DNA of 64,000 bases, from positions 32,001 through 96,000 of IMG/VR virus record IMGVR_UViG_3300023174_000079. One strand, written 5' to 3'. This DNA is from a virus. Position numbers and translations under genes: made by a program. Shown in pieces: positions 37,759-46,595 of the stretch; the first letter of the stretch is position 1, and every line of letters starts with the position of its first letter. Under the pieces are notes generated by a model. The model was not told where the DNA came from, did no database searches, and saw only the letters and a list, made by a program, of their open reading frames with translations.

Positions 37759-38169
37759 ATGAAAACTTTTAAAAATTTTATCGAAAATAGACCTATACTC
37801 GGTGTTACGGAATATATAACAATAGATGGGATCGGATCTGTTGTCGCAAAAATAGATAGTGGTAATGAAGCTTATAATGTTCTACACGGTGTAGATATTG
37901 AAGACAGCGGAGATGATACCGTGACCTTTACTACTATTAATGACAAAAAAATTACACTCCCTCGCACTGGTAGTATTGATATCAATATTGGCAGTGGTAA
38001 CATCGAAACCCGTCCAACGGTTGTACTCGATATTATTCTAAGAGATATACCTCATAAAGGCATTACCTTTAGTATCGCTGATCGAGCGGATAATGAACAA
38101 CAGGTGTTAATAGGAGAGCCGTTTATTAAACGGCTCAACGCTCTCGTAGATGTTAAGAGAGCTGTTTAA
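37759..38169 (+). CDS. Retropepsin-like protease (RimK-associated type)
   Basis: AKIDSGN, RPTV, FSIADR, VLIGEPF; MKTFKNFIE leader. Confidence 0.78.
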   Translation: MKTFKNFIENRPILGVTEYITIDGIGSVVAKIDSGNEAYNVLHGVDIEDSGDDTVTFTTINDKKITLPRTGSIDINIGSGNIETRPTVVLDIILRDIPHKGITFSIADRADNEQQVLIGEPFIKRLNALVDVKRAV

Positions 38170-38813
38170 AACAAATTTCTGTTTTGCGCAAACTCAATAA
38201 ACTTGTAAAACTCAGCACGTGAGCTATCACCGTTTTCAAGAAATGCACCGGACATTCTCGCAGTTCTCATTGTTGAGTCGTGTTTTATACCACGATTTGA
38301 GCAGCAAGTATGCTTAGCTTCAATCATAACAGCTACACCGGCGTTATTTTCACATACTGTATCAATAAAACTAGCTATTTGATTTGTTAGGTTTTCCTGT
38401 ACCTGTGGACGGCGAGCAAACCAATCTACAATTCTATTAAGCTTACTCAATCCAATAACTTTACCATCAGCGCGTGGAATATATGCAACGTGTGCATATC
38501 CTGTAAACGGTAACCAGTGATGTGCGCAAAGGCTAGTCAATTTAATATTATTCTGACAAACCATACCGTCATATTTATCGACATTGTCGAACGCTGTTAT
38601 TTTTGGAGGTGGCGTAAAGCAACCCTGACAGATGTCATACATATACGCCTTAGCAACACGTCGCGGCGTGTCAATAGCGTTTGGATCTGATTCAAAATCA
38701 AAACCAAGGGTATTCATAAATTTACCAAAATGTTTAGCTGCTGCTTCGACACGCTTTTTCATTTCTGCTTCTGTTAAAACAATGTTACTATTTGAGTTTT
38801 TTAATTCAGTCAT
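38166..38813 (-). CDS. folE: GTP cyclohydrolase I
   Basis: [48 protein letters not shown]. Confidence 0.96.
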   Translation of the reverse strand: MTELKNSNSNIVLTEAEMKKRVEAAAKHFGKFMNTLGFDFESDPNAIDTPRRVAKAYMYDICQGCFTPPPKITAFDNVDKYDGMVCQNNIKLTSLCAHHWLPFTGYAHVAYIPRADGKVIGLSKLNRIVDWFARRPQVQENLTNQIASFIDTVCENNAGVAVMIEAKHTCCSNRGIKHDSTMRTARMSGAFLENGDSSRAEFYKFIEFAQNRNLF

Positions 38814-38904
38814 ACAACATATATTAATATATTAACCTTTTAAAGCAACTTTTTTTTATTTGATCTGAGCACGAAAAGGTGGTGATGACAGCATAAATAT
38901 TAAT

Positions 38905-39732
38905 ATGAATAACATCAAATGTTTAGAATGTGGCAAGGAATTTAAATTTCTTAATAATACACATCTTAAAAGACATAATTTAGCTATACAAGAATATAAA
39001 AATAAGTGGAATATTAAAGAGAGTTTGGTTTGTGATGATTTAAAGAAGGTAAGAGGTGATTATACGCGTGGTAAGACATACGAGCAGATACATGGAAAAG
39101 CTACAGCGCAGAGATTAAAAGAGTTGAGATGTATACATACAACTAATCAAATGAATGACGTAAATCAGCGTTTATTAAGAAAAAAGGTTTGCGGTAAATG
39201 GGCGGCTAACGCTGATGAATATTTATCACGTACCAGTAAGATGAAAATTGCTTGTCAGAATCCCGATGTTATAAAGCGTCGCAGAGAGACATTGTTGAAG
39301 CGATACAATACATCTAATACGCTGAGAATACAACCACGTTTTTCAAAAATGGCTTATGAATATATTAAAAATTATATCAAACAGAATAATCTTGATGTAT
39401 CATGCTGCTATTATGCAAAAGGCGGTATTAATAATAGAGAATATGTTTATTTTGATTCTGATACACAAAAACATATTATGTTTGATCTTGTTGTAATCAA
39501 TAGCGAAACAAAGAAAATAGAATTAATTTTCGAATATAATGGCCCGTTTCATTGGACGGAAGATGATGTTAGGCAAGATCCGTATAGTTCATCGACTTGG
39601 TTTAAAACAAATTCTATGACTAAGCTAGAATCATATAATTATGATCAATATAAATTAAATATCGCAAAAAAAATTAGCACAAATGTTGTCGTTTATTGGC
39701 TACGTGATAACCGTATCGAACAAGTTAAATGA
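38905..39732 (+). CDS. Putative free-standing homing endonuclease (N-terminal Zn finger, C-terminal PD-(D/E)xK-like domain)
   Basis: CLECGK...THLKRH; MFDLV...IFEYNGPFHW...DQYK. Confidence 0.65.
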   Translation: MNNIKCLECGKEFKFLNNTHLKRHNLAIQEYKNKWNIKESLVCDDLKKVRGDYTRGKTYEQIHGKATAQRLKELRCIHTTNQMNDVNQRLLRKKVCGKWAANADEYLSRTSKMKIACQNPDVIKRRRETLLKRYNTSNTLRIQPRFSKMAYEYIKNYIKQNNLDVSCCYYAKGGINNREYVYFDSDTQKHIMFDLVVINSETKKIELIFEYNGPFHWTEDDVRQDPYSSSTWFKTNSMTKLESYNYDQYKLNIAKKISTNVVVYWLRDNRIEQVK

Positions 39733-39751
39733 TCTAACATAAATAATAAAG

Positions 39752-40180
39752 ATGAAGTATAATCGAATCATTTTGGAGAGCTTACAGAAAGTAGCTCTAA
39801 AGAAAGTACGCATTAAGGTTGACCCTATTAATGTTAGCCAAGGTGCAGATTTATCAAATTGTAATGGTTATGAGGGGTATGTATTAGCTGAAGATCGAGA
39901 AATTACAAAAGTTTTAGTTATTACCCCTGATCAAGAAAATGATATGTCAATAATGGATATACCTAACGAACATCTCGAACAACTCGCTAATGTTAATGAA
40001 AATTTAACAGCTTTAAAAGAGTTTATCTTACTGGCGCTTGATATTGCTAGTGACGATCCTCTTATTCAAAACATTAATGCCTGTGAGTCGATTGACGATG
40101 TTGAGGTGTTTTTAAAAGATAGAGGGTTGACAGATGAAGATATAACAAATCTTTATAAATATTATATCGCCAATGAATAA
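39752..40180 (+). CDS. Hypothetical late protein
   Basis: 142 aa; ATAAATA upstream; VRIKVDP, YEGYVLAE. Confidence 0.65.
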   Translation: MKYNRIILESLQKVALKKVRIKVDPINVSQGADLSNCNGYEGYVLAEDREITKVLVITPDQENDMSIMDIPNEHLEQLANVNENLTALKEFILLALDIASDDPLIQNINACESIDDVEVFLKDRGLTDEDITNLYKYYIANE

Positions 40181-41099
40181 TTTCGACGCATTAGCTAAAG
40201 TTGTAACTGGCGAATCAACGATAGGTGATTACGTCCGAGCTGCAGGTAGAGCAGCTGCACGTACACCCGGTGCTGTTATAACAGCACCGTTTAAAGCTGC
40301 AAAAGCTGCTATTAAGGGTACCGTACAACTTCCAGGTCGTGCTATACAGGCTGTTGGTAAGACTATTAGTGGAGCTGGAAAGCTCTATAATGTACTCGGT
40401 GCTGGTCAAACGGGCGGTGGAGCCGAATTATTACAAAGCATTGGTGGTAATATTTCAAAAGCTGGTGGTGCTATAGCGGATGTACCTACAAAAATTCATA
40501 ATGCTATTGTTGCATATGGTCAGAGTGCTGATTTTAAGCGGAAGTACTTAAGCGATTATAAAAACTATGTTAATTCTACATATCAAAGATTACCTGATAG
40601 GCAGAAAAAACAAATTAAATCAGCCAAGGATATTACTGAAATTGAAAAGATACTTAAAAACTCAATACCTGGAATTACCGATAATCAAGTCAAGAATGTA
40701 ACAACTTCCTTCTTTAAGGGAGGTAAAATAAAAAATGATCCCAAGGTTAAAAATATACTTACAAATACTCCAGCTCCTACGCCTACTAGAACACCTACGT
40801 CGGTCCCTGTATCTACTCCTACACCGACTTCTACATCTACACCGACTTCCGCGCCGGCTAACACATTAAATACCTCTCAAATTAAACCAAGAATAAAAGC
40901 AAATCGTTCAATGGTCAATGACATCGCTAATGGAATAATCTACAAGTATATGGGTAGATCAAGCGGTGGTTGGTATGTTTATGACCCGAAGACAAAGACG
41001 ATAGACCCTGCCCCTATCGACCCACAGGAACAAAAGCGTGTAGCAGAACTTTGGCGTAAAAAGGAGATTGCTAATATGACATCTCGCCACAAAAAATAA
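40173..41099 (+). CDS. Hypothetical protein with Ala/Gly-rich amphipathic N-terminus and Pro/Thr linker
   Basis: 308 aa; TPAPTPTRTPTSVPVSTPTPTSTSTPTSAP. Confidence 0.65.
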   Translation: MNNFDALAKVVTGESTIGDYVRAAGRAAARTPGAVITAPFKAAKAAIKGTVQLPGRAIQAVGKTISGAGKLYNVLGAGQTGGGAELLQSIGGNISKAGGAIADVPTKIHNAIVAYGQSADFKRKYLSDYKNYVNSTYQRLPDRQKKQIKSAKDITEIEKILKNSIPGITDNQVKNVTTSFFKGGKIKNDPKVKNILTNTPAPTPTRTPTSVPVSTPTPTSTSTPTSAPANTLNTSQIKPRIKANRSMVNDIANGIIYKYMGRSSGGWYVYDPKTKTIDPAPIDPQEQKRVAELWRKKEIANMTSRHKK

Positions 41100-41103
41100 A
41101 TTT

Positions 41104-41301
41104 ATGCCATATAATATTCAAAAATCTAAAGCTGGCTATAAAGTACGCTATAAGAAGGGCGGTAAGATGCATACAGTACCCGGTGCTTCAACGTCAAAAG
41201 AAAAGGCTAGAAAACGTATTGCTGCTATAGAGATAAGCAAACACGCGCATGAAAGCTTTAATCAAGTCGTAGAAAAATTACTAAAAACTCTAATCTTCTA
41301 G
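41104..41301 (+). CDS. Small basic protein
   Basis: 65 aa; MPY...SKEKARKRIAAIEISKH. Confidence 0.6.
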   Translation: MPYNIQKSKAGYKVRYKKGGKMHTVPGASTSKEKARKRIAAIEISKHAHESFNQVVEKLLKTLIF

Positions 41302-41396
41302 TTGATTTATTTTTCACGTGGAATAACTAATAGAGAATATAGGATTTGAGAGAAGGGACGAAAGAGAGTTATTAATTTTTTTCTGCGATCTTTACG

Positions 41397-41426
41397 TTGA
41401 TTTCTAACTTTTCTAAGTCATACTAT
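41397..41426 (+). promoter_or_regulatory. Sigma70-like promoter of queD
   Basis: TTGATT followed by CATACT (N16) or TACTAT (N18), immediately before the ATG at 41431. Confidence 0.55.
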
Positions 41427-41430
41427 CTTT

Positions 41431-42096
41431 ATGAGCTATCAGAGTACTAAACTTATCGAACTTGGATCATGTGCTTTTAGACAATGGAGAGCTACATCGC
41501 ATTGTTCAAAAATTCACGGCTATCAATTAATGGCTAAATTCTATTTCGGTGGATCTACATTAGATGATAAAAATTGGATCGTTGACTTTGCAAATCTTAA
41601 ACAACTTAAAGCAACACTACAGCAACAATTCGATCATACATTATGTGTAGCTAAGGATGATCCTTTGCTTGAAATATTTCAACACTTACATAATATGGGA
41701 GGATGTGATGTCCGTATCATGGATGGTGTAGGTATTGAGAAAACTGCTGAATATTGTTTTAAAGCAGCTCAGACATTTATAAAGGAAGCATATGGTGATC
41801 GTTGTTGGGTAGAAAGAGTTGAAGTATTTGAGCATGAAGCAAATTCAGCTATCTATAGTGAACCGAGACCTGTTGTTTATTCAACAAGCATCTCATCAAT
41901 AGCTCCATCTACACCAACAGTAGCTGAGCCTATCATACAACAAAACGTCGAACAACTTCAAATACCCTTAGAAGCACCAACTACAGAACAACCAGTAGCT
42001 GAGCCACCTAAAGCGGGTCCTGTACCACTCCGTCCCAATGTCACAAATGGCTACTCCGGTCTCTTTGATAATATTCGCTGGGGTGCAAGTCGGTGA
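41431..42096 (+). CDS. queD: QueD/PTPS-like 6-carboxytetrahydropterin synthase variant with a Pro-rich C-terminal extension
   Basis: HCSKIHGY, NWIVDF, FDHT, GIEKTAE, VEVFEHEANSAIY. Confidence 0.85.
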   Translation: MSYQSTKLIELGSCAFRQWRATSHCSKIHGYQLMAKFYFGGSTLDDKNWIVDFANLKQLKATLQQQFDHTLCVAKDDPLLEIFQHLHNMGGCDVRIMDGVGIEKTAEYCFKAAQTFIKEAYGDRCWVERVEVFEHEANSAIYSEPRPVVYSTSISSIAPSTPTVAEPIIQQNVEQLQIPLEAPTTEQPVAEPPKAGPVPLRPNVTNGYSGLFDNIRWGASR

Positions 42097-42497
42097 ACGC
42101 TGAATACGCTCATCAGTTATTTGGTGGTGAGATCTCTGATCATTTTAAAATACAAGGTAAATTAGCACCTGACTTTGTAAATAATATTCTTAATAATGAT
42201 CGAAAGTTAGAAGACATTTATAACTCACAAGTTAAACCAGTTGGCAATGTTACTGTAACTAATTCACCGACAAATATGAGTATGGATGCGCTCATCGAGC
42301 GTCAACCCGATCCACTTGTCTTACAATTACAAAATACCCTGTCGAAGGTAGCTCAAGAATACGGATTAACGTCAGATAATCAAACAAACATAGACTTTAA
42401 ACCAGCATTAAAAGATCAATCAGTTGATGATATGCAACAAGCAAATGATGCTGTAATGAAAGCTTTGGAAGAACTTAAGTCTTTGGGCGAGATTTAA
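42093..42497 (+). CDS. Hypothetical protein
   Basis: 134 aa; GTGA overlap with queD. Confidence 0.55.
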   Translation: MNAEYAHQLFGGEISDHFKIQGKLAPDFVNNILNNDRKLEDIYNSQVKPVGNVTVTNSPTNMSMDALIERQPDPLVLQLQNTLSKVAQEYGLTSDNQTNIDFKPALKDQSVDDMQQANDAVMKALEELKSLGEI

Positions 42498-43308
42498 CTG
42501 AATCAGACGGACTATACTCCTTTGTATTTGTAACAGGCATAATACCTTTAAATACATGTGTTACGTAACGACAAAGCTCGGATCGTACGATATGATCTTC
42601 CGTTAATTCGACACATTGTACGCCGTGTTCTTTAGCATCATCATTATCGAAAGCTTTATAGACAGTATTAAATCCTGATTTACCATAAGGTAGATCAGAT
42701 TGATCAGGGTCACCACATATAATCATCTTACTAAATTCACCCATACGCGTAAAAAGAGTTTGTAACTCTCTGATAGTTAAATTCTGACTTTCATCACAAC
42801 ACACAAATTTAACAGCGAAGTGTAGCCCACGTGCAAAATTAATAGGGCAAATTGTAATCCTGTTATCTTTATGAAGACGGTGTATCTGAGGCTCGGTTAC
42901 AAGCTCTGAAAATTTTTCATTAAACGGTGTCATATATACATTAACCTTTTCATTAATGTCACCAGGTAAGTAGCCGAGCTTTGAATCTGAGCTCTCTACA
43001 GCTGAACGTACAAGAACAATATCTGAAACCTTCTTCATATTAAGAAGCTGAAGACCGAGATACATTGAAAGAATAGTTTTCGATGTACCTGCTGGTCCTT
43101 TAAGAATCATAAGTTTAGTATTCTTATCAAGGAATAAATTAATGATTTCTTTTTGTTTATCTGTCCAAGGAAGCTCTCGGACATTAAGAGTAAAATCAAT
43201 TTTTTCTCTTTGGGCTACATAGGGTGATGTATCTTTGACCTCTGAATTGACACCGGTCTTAGATGTTATAACGGTCGCGGCTTTCGCCGTGCGTTTAGAT
43301 TTTTTCAT
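42475..43308 (-). CDS. phoH: PhoH-family ATPase
   Basis: GPAGTSKT, RSAVE, LGYLPG, FARG, DESQN, TRMGE, GDPDQSDL, IVRS. Confidence 0.93.
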   Translation of the reverse strand: MKKSKRTAKAATVITSKTGVNSEVKDTSPYVAQREKIDFTLNVRELPWTDKQKEIINLFLDKNTKLMILKGPAGTSKTILSMYLGLQLLNMKKVSDIVLVRSAVESSDSKLGYLPGDINEKVNVYMTPFNEKFSELVTEPQIHRLHKDNRITICPINFARGLHFAVKFVCCDESQNLTIRELQTLFTRMGEFSKMIICGDPDQSDLPYGKSGFNTVYKAFDNDDAKEHGVQCVELTEDHIVRSELCRYVTHVFKGIMPVTNTKEYSPSDSVKSRPKT

Positions 43309-43322
43309 CTATTAATATTTAA

Positions 43323-44081
43323 TCAAATTTGATCTTGATTGCGTAAATCTATAAATAAAGCTTTATCTATATATTCAAAACTCAACTTATCACCTTTTTC
43401 GAATTCATGTTTTGCCTTACTGCTTACCTGTTTGATGTAAATAGTGCCATGCTTCTTAAGATTACCTAAAGTTGGGTATGGGTATAAACCTATATTCCTT
43501 ACATCGCTCTCACATTTAAATATCCACACTCTCTCACCATCATTTAAGGTTATTTTAAAAGGCTTAATCTGAGGATGTAAATGCCCGGGTTTATATATAT
43601 CCTTCATTCGCTTACCTTTTCTTGGATCCTGCCATTCATTACCCATGCGCTCTTTCATAGTAACACCCAATTGCCGCATACTTGTTAATCTGCCTAAATT
43701 AATATACATATCATGATATTCCATATTACCTTTCATCTTTCGATGATAGTTTTTACGATTCTCTACCATCTGATTGTACGTGCGATCGTTAATATTACTT
43801 CCGTTTTCAGGCACAAGATTTGCCCATTCTACTGAAGACACCACATTATAATAATCACTCCAGTATAATGCCTTAATATGCAGATCAGAAATATTATCAC
43901 ATATTTCAATAATTTTTGTATCGATACACGAACCATGCTTTTGCAGATGTCTCTTCCAGAAACTACCTGAACCCTTATATCTATAGCATTTTTTTATATC
44001 ATCAGTCGTCTTTTTACAGAGATATTTTAATCCTGTCTTTTTGTGGGTTTTTATCATAAGATAATGCTTTAACTCATTCAT
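43323..44081 (-). CDS. GIY-YIG-like free-standing homing endonuclease
   Basis: YLMIKTH..TGLKYLCK, YKGSG.FWKRHL, WANLVPENG; TATAAATA upstream. Confidence 0.75.
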   Translation of the reverse strand: MNELKHYLMIKTHKKTGLKYLCKKTTDDIKKCYRYKGSGSFWKRHLQKHGSCIDTKIIEICDNISDLHIKALYWSDYYNVVSSVEWANLVPENGSNINDRTYNQMVENRKNYHRKMKGNMEYHDMYINLGRLTSMRQLGVTMKERMGNEWQDPRKGKRMKDIYKPGHLHPQIKPFKITLNDGERVWIFKCESDVRNIGLYPYPTLGNLKKHGTIYIKQVSSKAKHEFEKGDKLSFEYIDKALFIDLRNQDQI

Positions 44082-44086
44082 CTATA

Positions 44087-44094
44087 TATTTATA
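44087..44094 (-). promoter_or_regulatory. T4-type late promoter TATAAATA
   Basis: Exact consensus 5 nt before the ATG at 44081. Confidence 0.7.
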
Positions 44095-44139
44095 TCACCG
44101 CCTGTCACTTCACCTCCTGTATATAATAATATATTATAG

Positions 44140-44167
44140 TTGATATACGTATAGGTGGTTATATAAT
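44140..44167 (+). promoter_or_regulatory. Sigma70-like promoter of queE
   Basis: TTGATA-N16-TATAAT, 7 nt before the ATG. Confidence 0.65.
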
Positions 44168-44174
44168 AGATAAT

Positions 44175-44999
44175 ATGCATGCTAACAATACTCTCAGTAT
44201 ATCTGAAAATTTTTATTCTATTCAATGTGAAGGTCATACAACTGGCTACCCTGCTTATTTTATTCGTTTAAAGGGCTGTAATTTGAGCTGTGGTCTCTCT
44301 ACTAAGCACTTATTAGAAGTTAAGCAACAAGGTCGCGGAAATATTGATTCCGGTAGCTTTGTCGGTGATTTACATAAAAACGGTAGTGCCACGTGGACGT
44401 GTGACTCTGCTCCTATTTGGCTATTCGGTGATGAAATGTCGTATGAAAAATTAACCCGCAGTTGGACTGAAGAGGGAATCTTTAATTGGATTAAAGAAGG
44501 TCGTGTACATCTTATATGGTCAGGTGGTGAACCAACAATTCCTAAGCATCAAAATGCTATTATCGGCTTTCTGGATTGGTTTCATGCAGATGATAAATTT
44601 CCCTCTAGTTATAACGAAATAGAAACAAACGGTACTTTTTATATTGAAGATAAACTTTTTACTTGGTTGCAACAAATTAACTGTTCTGTAAAGCTTGCAA
44701 ATTCCGGTATGGAGAGAGATCGCCGTATTGTACCTGATGCTATTAAGCGTATTATGGAGCATAAAAATTATTGGTTTAAATTTGTTATATCAGCTGAGAA
44801 TGATTTGTTGGAGATTATTAAAGATTTTATAGATCCGTTTAATATACCATGGTCACGTGTTATTATGATGCCAGGACTAGATTCACAGGATGATTTCCAT
44901 GAGAGAACAGAATTTGTTCTTCAGATGGCGAAGAAATATGGTTTTATCGGTCTTACGAGGCTTCATATTAGCGCTTGGGATAAGACGACAGGTGTTTGA
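44175..44999 (+). CDS. queE: 7-carboxy-7-deazaguanine synthase (radical SAM)
   Basis: FYSIQCEG..TG.PA.FIRL.GCNL.C, CDS, SGGEP, IETNG, SVKL, FKFV, RLHI. Confidence 0.92.
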   Translation: MHANNTLSISENFYSIQCEGHTTGYPAYFIRLKGCNLSCGLSTKHLLEVKQQGRGNIDSGSFVGDLHKNGSATWTCDSAPIWLFGDEMSYEKLTRSWTEEGIFNWIKEGRVHLIWSGGEPTIPKHQNAIIGFLDWFHADDKFPSSYNEIETNGTFYIEDKLFTWLQQINCSVKLANSGMERDRRIVPDAIKRIMEHKNYWFKFVISAENDLLEIIKDFIDPFNIPWSRVIMMPGLDSQDDFHERTEFVLQMAKKYGFIGLTRLHISAWDKTTGV

Positions 45000-45030
45000 T
45001 AAATTATTGTCTACTGTTAAATAACATAAT

Positions 45031-45783
45031 ATGAGAATAGCAATAAGTGGTTCAGCTTGTCAAGGAAAAAGTACTTTAATTGATGATATTATTAAAAAAT
45101 GGCCGATGTATGCACGGTCTGCAGAATCATATCGTAAGATAATTAAGGAGGAGAATATTCCTCTTAATAAAGAAGTTACAGAAGACGGTCAATGGAGAAT
45201 TCTTAATTGTTTAATCGACGATATTCAAAAAACATCAAAAGATGATTATGTACTTTTTGATCGTTGTACACTAGATAACCTTGTTTATTCACTTTGGGCT
45301 AACAGTAAGGATTCATTGAAGATAAGTGATGAGTTTGTTAAAAAGTGTATTCCTCTTATTAAGGAGACAATGCATTCTTTGGATATTATCTTTTTTACAC
45401 CAATTACAAAGTTTTCACCTATTCCAAAAGAGGCTCGAGAGACTCGTAATATTGAAGAAGAGTATATTAAGGAAATCGATAACTTATTTAAAGCAATTGA
45501 ACACAGCTACACGCGAACTGGTGCATCTCCTTTTTTCCCTGATGAAGATCGACCACCAATTATTGAATTATTTGGTACTAGAGAGGAGCGTATTGCTATG
45601 GCAGAACTTTATATAAACGATGATGGTAATGCTGTCGTTGAGGAGACGAGTGTTCTAGATGGAAACAACCTTGATTTAATTGATAAATTAATGGGTGATC
45701 AGAAAGATGCTCAAAAAGCAGAACTCGACGAAGAGAAGTTCCGTACCGGTATTATTCGTGCAAAAAATTTAGGCGAAGAATAA
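45031..45783 (+). CDS. P-loop nucleoside/nucleotide kinase-like protein
   Basis: MRIAISGSACQGKST, DRCTLDNLVYS. Confidence 0.75.
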   Translation: MRIAISGSACQGKSTLIDDIIKKWPMYARSAESYRKIIKEENIPLNKEVTEDGQWRILNCLIDDIQKTSKDDYVLFDRCTLDNLVYSLWANSKDSLKISDEFVKKCIPLIKETMHSLDIIFFTPITKFSPIPKEARETRNIEEEYIKEIDNLFKAIEHSYTRTGASPFFPDEDRPPIIELFGTREERIAMAELYINDDGNAVVEETSVLDGNNLDLIDKLMGDQKDAQKAELDEEKFRTGIIRAKNLGEE

Positions 45784-45785
45784 GC

Positions 45786-46559
45786 TTAATAGGTAACAAG
45801 CAAGCGTACGTTAAAGTTTGTACCACTTCCGGTGGCCCCTGGAATAGGTGTACCAATGTTGAGGGTATATGTAAAGGTATTACCTGCTGTTGTAATACTA
45901 CTAATATACGGTACATTACTAAGCGGCGATGTGAGTGTGGTGGCTGGAGCAATTGTAAACATTGCAGAGTTAAGTGTTGATGCTATAGTTGTTGGTACTG
46001 TTAGGTAGAAATTAGAATCTGTCCAGGTTTGACTTGAAGCATTACTAGCGTTTTGTGCTACATTAACTGTCGCTGTGGTATCATAGATATTTTTATTAGC
46101 AGTCAACGACTTATTCATTGTTGCAAGGCTAGCTGATGCAGCAGTAAGCTGAGTGAATAAGCTCGTATACATCGGATTACCTGTATAATCAAGACTTGTT
46201 GGTGTTGCACTTACAATGAGACCGTTGGTAATAGTAAAGCTATCATAATAATTATTACTATTAAGCTTAATAGGTGCTGTATCGGTCCAGCCCTTTTGAC
46301 CCCCTGTTGTAAAGTATTGTGACGCTGTTAACGTAACTGTATTAATACCACCAATAAAGACAGCGTTATTACCGGTAAGATCACCTACTACAGTCGCATT
46401 ACCGCTAATATCAGTACGTACTACATTAAAACTACCAAAAGGGATAATCTGCGTACCGTTTGTTGTCTGTAAAATGAGATAATCCGTCGATGTAGCAAGC
46501 TGAGCTTGCGGTAAATTAAGAAGACTCACAGAAGTACTGTTGGTAGGGTTTGTTGCCAT
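45786..46559 (-). CDS. Ser/Thr-rich late protein, likely virion fibre or decoration protein
   Basis: TATAAATA at 46566-46573; very T/S/N-rich; LLNLPQ...DYLILQT N-terminus. Confidence 0.6.
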   Translation of the reverse strand: MATNPTNSTSVSLLNLPQAQLATSTDYLILQTTNGTQIIPFGSFNVVRTDISGNATVVGDLTGNNAVFIGGINTVTLTASQYFTTGGQKGWTDTAPIKLNSNNYYDSFTITNGLIVSATPTSLDYTGNPMYTSLFTQLTAASASLATMNKSLTANKNIYDTTATVNVAQNASNASSQTWTDSNFYLTVPTTIASTLNSAMFTIAPATTLTSPLSNVPYISSITTAGNTFTYTLNIGTPIPGATGSGTNFNVRLLVTY

Positions 46560-46595
46560 CGATAGTATTTATAGTAATATATATAGAATAACCAT

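Noticed and set aside
41302-41430. preQ1 riboswitch upstream of queD
   Set aside because: No recognisable preQ1-I stem-loop followed by an A-rich tail; the queD promoter appears to abut the start codon.
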